A DNA stretch of 64,000 nt from Torpedo marmorata (GCA_977017645.1 OZ360241.1:35278001-35342000); one strand, 5' to 3'; positions 39,648 through 53,328 are shown, counted from the first letter of the stretch. The notes: generated from the sequence alone by a model not told the origin. Numbers and translations are program-made.

Positions 39648-41860
39648 GGAGAATGGAAACAACGAAGGATACCTGACAGCTGTGGCAGGGCCTAATGACA
39701 TAGCCTGCTACAAAACCAAATCTGGTGCAGTAGGAGACAGCAAAGCTTCACTCCCAGATGAACTCAACAATGCCTTCTAAGCCCGATTTGACCACCAGAA
39801 CAAGGAAGAGCCACTGTGCACCCCCATGACCCCTGATGATCCCCTACTGTCAGTATCCGAGGATGACATGCAGGCTATTTTCAGGAGAGTGAATCCAAGG
39901 AAAGCATCCAGTCCTGAATACTGAAAACCTGTGCTGACTAACTTGCCAATGTATTCACGGATATCTTCAACTTCTCACTCCGTCAGGGTATGGTATCCAC
40001 CTGTTTCAAACAGGACTCAATCTTACCTGTGCCCAAGAAGAGTGTGGAAACCTGCCTAAATGACTAGCGACCAGTGGCACTCACATCCACAGTGATGAAA
40101 TGTTTTGAGAGGCTGGCGTTGAAGCATATCAGCTCCTGTTTGAGCAGCGGCATGGAATCGTTCCAATTTGCCAACTGCAGCAACATTGGCTGTACCACAA
40201 AGCCCTGAATACCTGGACAGCAAGGACACATACATCAGAATGCTCTTCATCAGCATTCAACACCATCATCCCTTCAAAATTGACCAGTAAACTCCAAGAC
40301 TTGGGCCTCAATACACCACTGTGTAATTGGATCCTGGATTTCATCACCTCAAGAGTACAATCAGTGAGGACTGGTAAGAACATCTCCACAATCTCCACCA
40401 GTACCGGAGCACCACAGGGCTGCTTTCTTAATCCCTTGCTCTATTCACTTTACACCTATGACTGTGCGGCTCGGTACGACAATAACACCATCTACAAATT
40501 TGCTGACGATACCACAGTAGTGGATTGTATAAAAGGGGGTGATGAGTCAGCCTAGAGGAGGGAGATTGAAAACTCGGCTGAATGGTGTACGGACAACAAC
40601 CTCATGCTCAATGTCACAAAAAACAAGGAGCTGATTGTGGACTTTAGGAGGGAAAACCAGAGGTGTACAATCCACTGTTTATTGGGGTATCAGAGGTGGA
40701 GAGGGTGAGCAAATTTAAATTCCTGGGAGTCACTATTTCGGAGGACCTTTCCTGGACCCAACACATGAATGTGATCATGAAGAAAGCACTTTAGCACCTC
40801 TATTTTGTCAGGAGTTTGCGGAAGTTTGTTATTGCATCGAAAACTTTGGCAAACCTCTATAAATGTGTAGTGGAAAGTGTGCTGACCAACTGCATCATGG
40901 CCTGGTATGGGGGTACCAATACCTCTGAGGGAAAAGCCTTGCAAAAGATAGTGGACATAGCCCAGTACATCAAAGGCAAAACTCTCCTCACCACCATCGA
41001 GAAAATCTGCATGGAACGCTGCTGTTGGAGAGCAGCAGCAATCATCAAGGCTCCACACCACCCAGGACATGCCCTGTTCTCTCTGCTGCCATCAGGAAAA
41101 AGGTAAAGTTGCCACAAGACTCATACCACCAGGTTCAGGAACAGCAGCTACCTCTCCACCATCAGACTCCTAAGCAACAAACTCAATCAGATACTCATTT
41201 AAGGACTGGAAGTAAAACACGAAAGTCTGCAGACACCATGGTTGAAGTAAAAACACATTGCTGGAGAACCTCAGCAGGTCAAACAGAGGGAAAGCTGAGA
41301 GAAAGAAGACCGGGGGAAGGGAAGGTTTCCCTCAGCTCTCCACCCCCTTCCCTTTCTATTCACCTAGCCATCCCTCCTCCCCCTGCTTGCTACTGTGCCC
41401 TCCCTCCCTTCTCTACCTATTACCTCCTGCCTTTGGGACCATGCTCCTCCCCCACACCTCCCCCCCCCCCACCCTTACCTTTTTGTTTGGACACCTGCCG
41501 ACATTTTTCCATACCTCGATGAAGGGCTCATGTCCGAAACATCGGTTATGTATCTTTATCTTTGCTATACAGTATAAAGGACACTGTTTAACCTGCTGAG
41601 TTTCTTCAGCATTGTGTTTTTACTCATTTAAGGACTCTTGCTTTGCACATTATTTATTGTTGAATATTTATTTTCTGTATTGCACAGTTTGTTTGCACTT
41701 CCTTGTTTACATTTCTCTCTTTTGTCTATGTATCTTTTCTTGAGTACATTTTTTTTGCACTACCGATAAGTAGAAATTCTGCCTGGCCTGCAGGAAAAAG
41801 AATCTCAGGGTTGTATGTGATGTCAGGAACAGTATGTACTCAGACAATAAATCTGAACTT
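39648..41860 (+). mobile_element. Rex/Babar-type LINE, 5'-truncated
   Basis: Colinear with 7427-11490; [17 protein letters not shown] and KFADDT motifs; tail AATAAATCTGAAC. Confidence 0.9.
41208..41620. mobile_element. 413-bp inverted Penelope pLTR insertion in the Rex 3' region
   Basis: 16-bp TSD TACTCATTTAAGGACT at 41192-41207 and 41621-41636; hammerhead-like motif at 41510-41550. Confidence 0.85.
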
Positions 41861-44800
41861 TGAATTATGTCTTCTGCCTTTCAATCTGTTGAAACATTAC
41901 ACATTCAATGGAATTTTGCAAGATGACTACCAATGCATTCACAGATATCCAGACCCATCTTCCTCATTAACCTGAGGTTACAGGTCATCATGTCCTTGGG
42001 ACAAATCAACTACAGGTCTCATTAACACTCCCAATTTCTAGTTTTTTTTACTAATGCCAACTTCTTTCAGCTCCTCATTTATTCTGAGACGAAGTCTCCA
42101 CCTTTTCTAGGTTTCCTGCATCCTACTGAAGACAGATTCAAAGTATCTATTTAACTTATTTGCCATTTTCTCATTCCCCAATATAATTTCTCCCATTTTA
42201 GCCAATAAAGGACCCAATTTATCTTTTACTAATCTTGTCTCATGAGCGTACTCACATATTCAATTTCCCTTTCCTTATCAATGCCCTTTTTAACAGGAAT
42301 ATACTTTCTTTTATAAGTAGCATGATAACTGGGTTTTAAAAAGTGCCAGGACACATGTATTTGTGTGTTTTTAATTTAACGAGAATCTAAGATGCAAGAC
42401 TATCCCAAAGTTATTCAGTAGGTTTCATGAATAATGCTGGTTATTATGAATACAACACCATGTGATAGTATGTAGTTGAAATGGACTCAAGGACATAAAA
42501 GCTGATGATTGTAGACTGGTGGTGAGCTCCACAAACGTGTGGTTTGCTCCCAAGTTCTCTCTGCACCCTACATACCAACACTGGGTAGACTCTGAAATTA
42601 TTCAGTGGTGTGCAGCACATACCTGGATGTTGCTTACATGGATTTGAAATTGTATGGATGACGTGCAGAAGGAGGTTGTTATTTTTGAATCTTTTATAAT
42701 TTGAAGAGGACTACACTGAGCTCAATATTTCTCCTAATACTGGGCACATTGGGTAGGACTCCTGTAAGACGTTACTGTGGCTATTGTTCAAACCTCCACA
42801 TAATATCCCCAACTTTCAATCTGTACCCAACTACAAACCTCCCTCAACCCCCCACCCCCCAGCAATGCTGCAGTGGCCAATTGTAACACCACCATAATCT
42901 TGCAATCTATTACCTGATACTCATTGCATGTTACTGCAATCTTTGCAGCAGTAAGCCCTCAAACAAAATATTTAAAGATTGGCAAACATGGCACATTAAT
43001 GTGCCTTTACAAGTATCATTCATTTTAGCACCAATTATCTGGTCTCAAAGTTCCTGATTGAGATGGGAGCCCAATTAAATTCTGCATTGTTACAATGGCA
43101 AACACTGTAGAAGATTTCAGTTTTGCCTTTTGGGTTTAAAAAGTATGCAGATAGTTTGTATTAACTAATTTGATTTAATTCTGCTTTGCCTGAAGCCAGT
43201 GAGTATGTCCTGATGCACATGGATATTATATTTAATGATGTATATAATTGCCTGATAAGCTATTTCCATGTCGTCAGTGGATAATCTGGTTGAGAAAACC
43301 AGGGGGCTGCTGATGTTGAAACTTCATGTTTGGCATATCTGAAGCTGTTGGTGATGAAAGTGTAACCATCTTTATTCTGGGTGTCACCTAAAACAAGACT
43401 CGGAGATGTGTGTCCAACCAAACTTTACACTTGATTCTTCAGATAAAGAAGCTACCTCAGAAGCTGAAAGCAAAAGTGGAGAAAATATGGCATGAACAAG
43501 GGTTGAAGGAGCAAGTCATGGTGGAAATTAAGCAATTTTATCTAAAATTGATCTTAAGTGAATCTCTAAATTCTATTGAGGATTTAAGAGATTTGCTAAT
43601 CTGAAGTTGTTGAAAGATCAAAAGAGGAAAACATTGATTTTTTTAAATATAAAAGACAAAAGAGTGGTACACAGTTGTAATTTGACTAAATGTTTAAAAA
43701 CCCTTCAGTGCACCAATGAATAAAGTCAGGTGACAGTCAGAAAATGAACAGCAAAATAGATTTCTTGCTGATTTCAGCTCTGAAAGCAGAGAGTGAGAGA
43801 GGAGGGTAACTACTTGCAATGGAAGAAGTTATGTAGTGGTGTGCACAATAATCCAGTGCTGGGATGACTACAATTTAGAATCTACATTCATCCAAACCTA
43901 TGTCTCTATTTGCAGCTGATGCCAATTTGGGCAGGGGTTGCTCACTATTGAGGAACAGAGCAATATATTACAGCAGGGCATTAATAAACACAAAATGAGC
44001 AAATAATTTGTCAGATGAACATAAGAAGCAGGTGTAGATCAATTGGCCCCATTAGCCAACATCAGATCAAAACTCAATTAGTTTTCCTTGTTCAATGCTG
44101 GGAATCGCAATGATAGTGAAGAATGAAAAACTTGAACATGTTAAGGATTTGCCCACAACCAGATAGTGAATGATGAGCTCATGCAATATGATTGCTGGAG
44201 TTCTCTGTCTGGAGAGCATGGTCATTGTTGCTGATGAATTCAGAAGAATATGAGATGCCTTCATTGAAACATACAAAATCGCTAGGGCGCTTGACAAGAT
44301 TGGTGCAGGTAAATATTTCTCTTGGCTGGGGAGACGCAGGTTATTTAGAACCAGGGGTCAAAATAAGGAGTCTGTCTTCTGGAGAAAGACAAGAAATGAA
44401 TTCCTCCACCTGGGATCAAGTGACCATGGGTGCTGTGAAGATAATGCAGAAAATTAGTGGTGGAATAAAAGATCAACCATGATCCTATTGAATGGTAGAG
44501 CCAACACAAGGGGCCAAATAGCTGATTTATGTTTTAATTTCTTCTGTTATTTGTTTTTTAATACTGGAATCATCCATTACTGTGGCCCTGCCCTGCTTGT
44601 CTCCTTTAAATTTGTCCAAATTTCCTCCTGAGGTTCTAGCCAGCAAAAACTCACAATCAATTGTTGTAGAGCAATATGGAAGAGGTTTTGAGTAACCCAT
44701 GGTTGATACAATCCTCTTTCAACAAGAAATATTGTCGAACCGTAAATTTGGAGAACAATCAAGAAAGAAAATCCTTCATACAGGAAATCTATTTTTCACA

Positions 44801-44874
44801 AGTTGACTTTAAATAAGGGAAAGGATTAAGAGGTAAAAAGTGTAACTGAATAATGAACTTTTTTTTTAATACAG

Positions 44875-45239
44875 AAGAGTTCCTGTCAACTCTCGAGCAC
44901 TATGAAATAGCAATTCCTGTCCGAGTAGACCACAATGGAGACTTCCTAAGCTATAATGTAAAAAGTAGCCACGAACTGCGATCAAAAAGAAGCTTACCTG
45001 CATTTCAACATGAGCCAGTTGAACAGCAAGTTTTTTATAAAGTATCTTCACATGGATTGCACTTTCTTTTAAACTTGACTTTACACGTTAATCTCGTATC
45101 AGATTATTTTACTGTAGAATATTGGAAAAGAGATGGCTTGGAATGGAGACATGATTATATGGATGAATGTCATTATTTGGGACATTTAAGTGATCTCCAG
45201 GGAGTCACAAAAGTTGCCTTAAGTAACTGTAATGGATTG
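44875..45239 (+). CDS. ADAMTS10: ADAMTS10-like exon 3: prodomain
   Basis: EEFLSTLEHYEIAIPVRVDHNG...RSKR...HFLLNLT...VEYW...CHY...VALSNCNGL; AG/GT boundaries, 365 nt. Confidence 0.93.
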
Positions 45240-45902
45240 GTAAGTTTTCGAGTTCTATGTTTTAATTATGCAGTTTTCAGAAGCATTTATAGCACTTATG
45301 GTGGCACAAATGCAGTTTAGCGCCAGTAGAAATAAACATTCTAGTTTCTAACCTGCCATGATTAGTTGTGCATTGTAAAGGGTGTTCATTGGCCAAAATT
45401 AGGTAAACTTGAGTTTTAGTTTCCAGACACAACAAATTATTAATCAAGAGAATGAATGTTATGCCTTAATTTGGTGGTATGGATATAAATAAACATCAAA
45501 AATTCTTTCCTTCATCATTTTAAAGTGAACTACACTTGTTTTTCTCCAACTGCCTCAAAATTGTATCAAGGAATAATATGTACTCTGACTTCTAGCAGCC
45601 TCATTTACACAGTTCATTGATGTGAAACATTTTGATAAAAGGTTTTCAAGTTTTTCTTCTGTTTCTCCTTCACAGATGCTGTCCGACTTGCTGAATATCT
45701 CTAGCAATGTCTTTGTTTCATATTTCCAGAACCTGTAATTTCTTGATTTTTAAAAAATCTGATGGGATCTGCTTCAGAAATACAGTTCTACCTGTTACTT
45801 TAAGATGGATTTGGTTTTCTTTGGGTCTTGGAAAAGTAAATGTTATTTTGCTGCATATAGAATGTGAGATGGTAAAGTGTTGTTATAAAATTTGCTGTTT
45901 AG

Positions 45903-46075
45903 TTTAGAGATACAGCAGAGTAACAAGCCTTTCCGGCCCATGAGCCCGTGCTGCCCAAATACACCCATGTGACCAATTAACCTACTAACCTTGTACGTCT
46001 TTGGAATATGGGAGGAAACCAAAGGGCCCGGAGGAAACCCTTGCCGACATAGGGAGAACGTACAAACTCCTTATA
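45903..46075 (-). mobile_element. V-SINE (HE1-like), truncated at an LTR
   Basis: Near-colinear with 36607-36770. Confidence 0.75.
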
Positions 46076-47332
46076 TGTTAAGAAATGAAGTATGTGCACA
46101 CTTAAGGGAGCCAGCTCCAAAACAACCACTATAATGTTTTACTAATGCAACCGCTGTCATGAGATTGGTTGACATTTACAGTTAGTAGGTCTGAAAGCCT
46201 CTGATTTCATTTACAGGATTTACTCTGGGTGGCATGGCTTCTCAAGCCTTGGAAACCCAGCAGCTTCAGGAAAGCGTGGACGGCTTCAGACTGAAAACAA
46301 GGGGTTTCCACGGAATTGCATGTAGGCTAGGAAGAGTTTTCCACAGCATTGCATGTAGGCTAGGAGGAGTAGGACTCCTCCCTCTCACCCTTCGCTCCCA
46401 TGACTGAGCCAAGGATCAGTCCCATCTGTTTTTGCAGCTTGCTCGGTTGCATTCTCTGCCCACTGTTATGGACCATGACTGACCATTTGGACTGCGGACG
46501 GTCAGCAGGAAGGATGAAGTCTTTTGGAGTACACACTGGGACCAGGTACTGAAAGAGTTAACTTGCCCAGGACTTGGTGTACCCAGAGAGAGAGAGAGAC
46601 CAGAGAGAGAGAGAGGCTGTGGAAAAGATACTTTGTTGCACTTTTGCAAAAGGCAGGTGCAAACCTCTGCAAAAAGCAGGCAGTTTGGAGTTGCAAAGGC
46701 TGGAGAACACAGCAAAATCCGGGCTCGTGCATCCCAGAGGAAAAGGCTGGACGAATAGCACATGGCCTCCTGTCTCAGAGAAATCCTGAGTTAAAGCAAC
46801 TTTTGTGGAGAACAGGCGTGAGATCAGCGAGACCAGCTGTGAGATCCAAGCACACGCCTCAATCAGTGGTATACTGATTTGGAGTCACAATCCTTGTGAA
46901 TCTCTACCAAAAGGGAAAGTCATCAGAGAAGAAAAACAAGCCAAGTATTTGTAAGCATAAACAGTCATTGTCTCTCTCCAACGTTCATTGAAAAGTCCTT
47001 CTACCAGCACACAGAGCTGAATTTGAAACCTGAACTTAGAGAGTGAATTTTTGTGGACTGTATTATATTTTTTTGACTGACTTGTTTTTATGACTGACCT
47101 GGGGTTTTTGGGGAAAGTTTTTCCATTTTTACATGAGGGTTTGGCACAGACTGTAATGGTCTGGGCTTTACACACACACACACACCTTTTAGATAAGAAT
47201 AGTGTTTATAGACGTTTATAGTGGGGTTAATTGTTGTGAAATTATATGTTTAATTGTCTTTAATAAATATAAATTTCAATTTTACCCCTTTTGCATTGCG
47301 TCTTCTGTCGTTGCTGGTTTGATTTTGTAACA
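46076..47332 (+). mobile_element. Probable solo LTR
   Basis: TGTTA...TAACA termini, AATAAA ~70 nt before the end, and (AC)n...ATAGTGGGGTT shared with the LTR at 59547. No clean TSD. Confidence 0.65.
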
Positions 47333-47689
47333 CAACATAGAAACTATATCCATGAACTGCGTTGCCTTTTAGGCAGGGATCCTGGACCTCTGGCTTTCTG
47401 CTTATTTTCTCCAGCCAGGTAACTACCTATCAGTGTTAAACTCTGCTGACATTGAGAGGCCTGAATGAGCACCTTCAGGTTCCCCCAGACACTGTGCTGC
47501 AAAGAACACGGTTCACTTTTTTCTATCATTCGGCTGCCAATATAATCATTGCATGGTTACCTCAGTAGTAAACTGGGGGGCATTGTTGTGGTTGTGGCTG
47601 GCCCTGCAGGGTGGATCAGGACCTTTGGAGTAGCAAAGAACATGTGCCCATCAGCAAAGAACCTGCACCTACAGAGTCTTCAGAGATGC

Positions 47690-48075
47690 CACATTCTAGG
47701 TAAGTCTCTCTAATGAGCAATACATTAACAGCCTCAGGTTTTTACATCATCACTGAGACATGCGTCCTTCTGAGGGAAGACTTTGGCTCTGACTTTGTGC
47801 TGTCTGTGGAAGTCAAAGACATTGATTCTTAATTTCTTTGCCACAGGTTCTTTCCAAATGGATTCAGCAGGTCTCTGCCACATCTCCCAATGTGCTGCTC
47901 GCCATTGCCTTGAAAAGGTCACCTTGGCTTGACTTGCGAAGAAATGGTTTCATCTACTTTGAGTTAATTGAGGAACAGGTGGCATCTTGGGAACTCGGAT
48001 TTGCCAACATTACTTATAAACATGCAGATCAACCCTTTAATGAATAGGAAAGGTTTTCACCCTTCAATGTTCTGG
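47690..48075 (+). pseudogene. PIF/Harbinger transposase relic (HARBI1-like)
   Basis: Reads LSNEQYINSLRF..., LNFFATGSFQMDSAGLCHISQCAARHCLEKVTLA*, then NRKGFH; stops and frameshifts present. Confidence 0.7.
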
Positions 48076-49041
48076 AACCTATAAGTCATGTGAAAACTTT
48101 GCTCACAGTGAATGTCGTGTTTCCAGGAAGTGCATATGACTCCTTTAATCTGGAGATCTGCACTGCAAGCTCCCCTGCGCAATACCAGAGTCAATGATGT
48201 CATAGCAAAAATTTGTCCATTGACCATTTCAAGGAATTACTGTAACTACGTTATTTGGAGTAACTTGCACACTGCCTTAATTGTTTACCAATAATTTGAA
48301 ATACATCTTAATTTTTCAAACTTAGTACCTTTTTTTGTTAATGACTGTTTATTAAACATTTTGGTAGTTGGAAAGGTGTAATTTGCTTATTTGGATAGTC
48401 TTCCATATTTACTGCTGGAGAAAAACATGTCCTTGCAGATATTGGGCTAAATTAGAAAATTCGAAATGTCGAAAATGGCAACATCTTCTCAATAAGCACA
48501 CTTTAATGGCAGGTTAAATAATCACATTGTGCAAATAGTTATGAATGTTACTGCTTCATTCTACGATAAGCTAAATTGGCTCAGTATTTACATGTAAATT
48601 CTTGATAACTCCATGTCTTTGAAAATGTTTAAGCTTTCTTGCTTTCAAGTAAAATGGGATATACATGTTGAATTAAATCCACCCTGAGGTTCCTTGATCT
48701 TAGTTGCTTTTCAGCTTCATAGGTGTAAGGACTTTGTACAATCTCCAATGTGATATGTATAGGAGATTGCACCAGTTTGCAATTTTCCCTTGGGTTCTTG
48801 CCAAAATGTTAAGGCCATCATTTTGCTTTTCCATGTGGCTTTGAATCAAGTAACAGAATGAAACATCTTACCAAACAATGCTGGAGTAGGGTTATGAGTC
48901 GGCTGATGAAATGTGCCTTGTTGCCTTGTGCATGTATTAGAATGGAAAGTTATTTGTAATGGCTTTTAAAGTTGTCGTAGAAATTCTATGGAAATCGTGT
49001 ATATTTTACTGCTGGCAACCACAGCTGTACTTTGCTTTCAG

Positions 49042-49204
49042 CATGGTGTAATAGTTGAGGATGAAGAAGAATACTTCATAGAGCCCCTCACCACTGTTAA
49101 AATGGCTGAATTCAATTCCAGTGAAGGAAGCCCCCATGTAGTTTATAAACGATCATCTCTTCGAAACCAGTATCGTCATATTGATGCAACATGTGGAGTT
49201 TCAG
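49042..49204 (+). CDS. ADAMTS10: ADAMTS10-like exon 4: prodomain with cysteine-switch-like CGV
   Basis: HGVIVEDEEEYFIEPL...PHVVYKRSSLR...TCGVS; AG/GT boundaries, 163 nt. Confidence 0.93.
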
Positions 49205-50701
49205 GTAATATGTAACTCTCTCATTTATGCAATGCCACATCCTGATTGGTCTTGACACAAAATGGAATACAAAGTTTCAAAACTTTAGTGTATCACTTGT
49301 CACTATCTGATTGTTAAAGGTTAAAAGCTTTCGTGGTTAAGGAATCAACTTGCTACTTATAAATTTGCCAAAATAACCTGCAGAAAAACAGGAGCATGTT
49401 TAAGTGTGCAGAAAGAGTTATTTCTCAGAACTTTAAATTTAATTTGTATTTAGGATACTTATCTTTTTGTTGTAAAAAAGAAAATGGGTTTTGATTTGTA
49501 TGTTGCTGTGACTGGAGTTTTGTTTCCATTACTTTACCAATTATAACAGTGTTTGAAATTAATTCAGATGGTATCATGTAATTGACATATTTTTGCATTA
49601 CTTATGGGAACAAATGTAATGATCTAATATTCTTGAATGAAATGCTATCAGGCTCATGTTCATAAATATTCCTTTGCGGAATTTTTCTCTTTAAAAAGAA
49701 CAGATCTCAGGAAGATCAGGACATAGAAGGTTGAAAAGAAGATTAATGAAACTGAGTAGTGGAGGAGTCCACATTTGTTGAATGAAACATATAAAGAGCA
49801 AGATTAGAGAAATTAAATTAGTTTGGGTGGACTATGTGGAAAGAAAAGAATGATGCAGACTTAGTGGAACGAATTGCCTAATTCTGAGCTGCCACACTCC
49901 CAAAAATAACCAATACAACCAAGGTGTGAAGACTTCTAGTCTGCAAGATATTTTTAAGCTGAATGTACATAAGACCTACATTTTTTGATGATTATGTTGC
50001 AAAATATTGTTTATGCTTATGATTAAAGCTATGACTAGCAGTTTGCTATATTTCAAAATGATGTAGAGAGCCTGATTATCGTATTTACTATATTACCATC
50101 CACAATCACACATTGCTTTGTCTGCAGTTTTTGCAATAAAAGTGCTCTGAATTCTCAGTTAATAGGAAAACATATCTGAATTCTGGAAAACAAAATCAAA
50201 GTTAAGGAATTCATGCGAGTTTACATAACATACATTTACTCAAATTCCAGCAAACAACAACTTGTAATCTATTATTTTCTGTTGGCAGTTATGCCAATTG
50301 GTTGTTTTACATCTTTAGGTTATTTTTATTTCTTGCATATGAATATCTGGGCCTCCTTATTAAAAATGTAATTTTTATTGACTCTAGTTTACTTAAAAAC
50401 TTTTTTTTCAGCCATCCAGTCACACAAAACTGAAACCCAGCAGTCCACTGATTAAAAGTAAACTCACAATCCAAGTGCAAAGGCCTATAGGTGCATTTGA
50501 CCCTTAGCATTTGAAAAATGCATAAACATCTTTCCCTTATGGGTTAGAGCTGATATTTGTCCTTTATGTTGGTTTTAAGAACTTAGTTGAGTGTTCAGAT
50601 GAGATGTGCAATTGCTCTGATTTATTCCCTCTATTGCTCAGTGTAGTGCTTGCATGTCACAAAAGGTATAATTTTGAATGCTTACAGTGGTTCTATTCCA
50701 G

Positions 50702-50919
50702 ATGAGAAGCCAGGGAAAGGAAGACCTTCATGGCTGAGGAATTTACAGACTTCAGCAGTGACTCTTTCACCTAATAAGACCCTTCGAAACCAGCTGCAGT
50801 TGAAAAGATCAGTCAGTCAGGAACATTATGTAGAGACTCTAGTCGTAGCAGATAAGATGATGGTTGGATACCATGGACGAAGAGACATTGAGCAGTATAT
50901 TCTCTCTGTTATGAATATT
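50702..50919 (+). CDS. ADAMTS10: ADAMTS10-like exon 5: prodomain end and start of catalytic domain
   Basis: [13 protein letters not shown]...[40 protein letters not shown]; 218 nt, donor GTAAGT. Confidence 0.93.
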
Positions 50920-52929
50920 GTAAGTATATTTCATTATTTTACAATATTTTGCATTTTAGATGCAAAATTCTTTTCACTCCATTCAATTTTTTTTCCTTTT
51001 CTCTTTTTACAAAGACTTTTCCATCATTCTTAATATGTGTAGTTATCTGGCACAATCTCTTATCTCTCTCAATGCTATCTTTAATGAAATTTCTGGAAGC
51101 AGTATGGGGCGATTTTCTTTTCAAGTTGATTTTTCTTTCCTGTTGGGAATGTTTGACTTTTCTGGCTCACCAGTAAATCTAACAAAGCAAGTGCAATGGT
51201 GCTGTTTTGGTTACTAGAATGATCAATTTGGAGTTCTCTGTTCATAATGGTAAATACAGCAAGATCAGTGCACTCAAACTTAGTGGTGTAAATATGATCT
51301 TTAAGTGAAACTAATCATGCTTTTAAAATAAAATAACAGATATGTTTGTCTGCACAGTGTTCCCCGAAGCATTATCTATAGGATCAAATTAGAAAACACA
51401 TTGTTGTCACCAGTAAATCTGCAGCACTAAATGTACATCATAGTCAAATAAATTGGAATACTCCTCCACACCAAATTTTGTTGCAAAATGCAACAAGATT
51501 GATATTTCAGCATATGTATGCATGAACGCTGAAGTTCAGAACTTGTTGGCAGCTGTTCACTAGCAATTTCTTCTGTTCTGAAGGCCCAGTGCTTCTGCTG
51601 GTGAATTCACTGCTAACTGTTCAAAAACCGATCTGGGCTAGCTGAGGTGGAATTCTCTGGCTTCATAACTTCATTTTCAAAACTACAGAATTACAAAACC
51701 TTAGTAGAGCTTTTCTTGAATCGGGATACTTTGATACTCCTGTCACCAATTAAGTGGTTCTTTTTTTTTTTAAACCTAAATGCATTAATTTGACAGATAG
51801 GACTATTAGCAAAAAAAACTTTTCCAATTAGGAAAACAGTTTAGAAGGGTACAAAGGAGAAAGGAATAAATTTATAGTCTGAAACTAGTAGTTGAATAGA
51901 AAGTATTTTTCAGCATTATACTTATGAAAATAAATTATTTATGGAGTGCTACATGATTGCATGGATTTTCAGGTTGAATTTGGCCTCCTTTGAAAATTGG
52001 TTTGTGTATTATTGATATGATTTCAGTATCAGATGCAAATAGAATGGTGTAATTCCCTGAGTATTACTTCTTGTATATGTTACCCAGGAAATTGGTTTAA
52101 GTTGTTCTCAGCTGTGCCCGTAACTGGGCACACTCAGTACAACCTCCCACCTCTCCTACCCATATTCTCTCCACCCCCCACCCACCCCAACTCCCACCAT
52201 CCCTAGACCTGGGCTCCATACTGATGCTTTCCTTCACACTTTCCATAATGACACTGCACAAAGGAAATGTCCAATAGCATTAATAAGCAGCAAATTTCTG
52301 AATGTTTCAAAGCTGGATAACATTGGCAGTGATTATTTCTATAACCAATGAGCTGGGGACATCTACATCATTTCTAGCAGAAACCTCATGATAACCTAAT
52401 TTTGCTAATCACTTCTCTCAAAGTCCTGTTCAGTTTAAAGTTTTTTTTTGTGCTCAAAACCCATGCTTTATTACTGTACTGCATCTTAGTGTTTGAGTTA
52501 ATTTGTTTCTTCAACTAGCATGTGCCTGTACATTTCTAGAAGATTGAAATAAATCATGCAATGCTGAGAACAATAATATCTCCAGCATTTATTTAAATAG
52601 ATGTGCCCAATTATTTCCAGATACATGACAGGTCTAGAGGGGCCAATGGTAAACAGCATTAAAAAGTGGCATTACCTTACATTTGCTACATTTGTTTTAC
52701 AAGATGGACGATCTTCCAGCTTTCCCCTATTTTTGTAGGTTTTTCCTTAAAGGCTGGCATAAGTTTTAAGAAAACAAAAGGTCTATAATGAGGTTGATAT
52801 GATTTAGAGTTCATGTACTATTGCTCCATTCTCTTACACAGTTCCTCAGGGCATCAACGTTTTTTCCCCTACATTTGAAAAGTAATAGCAAGTAGTATTG
52901 AATATTACCAATTCAAACTTGCTTTGGAA

Positions 52930-53328
52930 TAACTGGTACCACTCTTGCCTCCAAGCCAGATGGCTGTGGGTTTGTGACCCATTCCAGAGACATGAGTACA
53001 AAAGCCTAGGCTGACAATCCAATGCAGTCAGAAACGCCGTCTTTCAGATGAGACGTTAAACTGAGGCCCCATCTGCTCTCTCAGGTGGACGTAAAAGACC
53101 CCATGGCACTATTTCGAAGAAGAGCAGGGGAGATATCCCCGGTGTCCTGACCAATATTTATAACTCAATCAACATTACAAAAGCAGATTTTCTGGCTATT
53201 ATCACATTACTCTTTGGGGAGCTTGCTGTGCCCAATTTGGCTGCTGCGTTTACAACAATGACAACACTTCATTCGCTGTAAAGTGCTTTGGGATGTCCTG
53301 AGGTCGTGAAATGTAAGTCTTCCTTTCT
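52930..53328 (+). mobile_element. DeuSINE (SacSINE1/AmnSINE1-like)
   Basis: Deu-domain-like core GCCGTCTTTCAGATGAGACGTTAAACTGAGGCCCC...GTAAAAGACCCCATGGCACTATTTCGAAGAAGAGCAGGGGAG, and an L2-type tail GTAAAGTGCTTTGGGATGTCCTGAGG. Confidence 0.8.
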
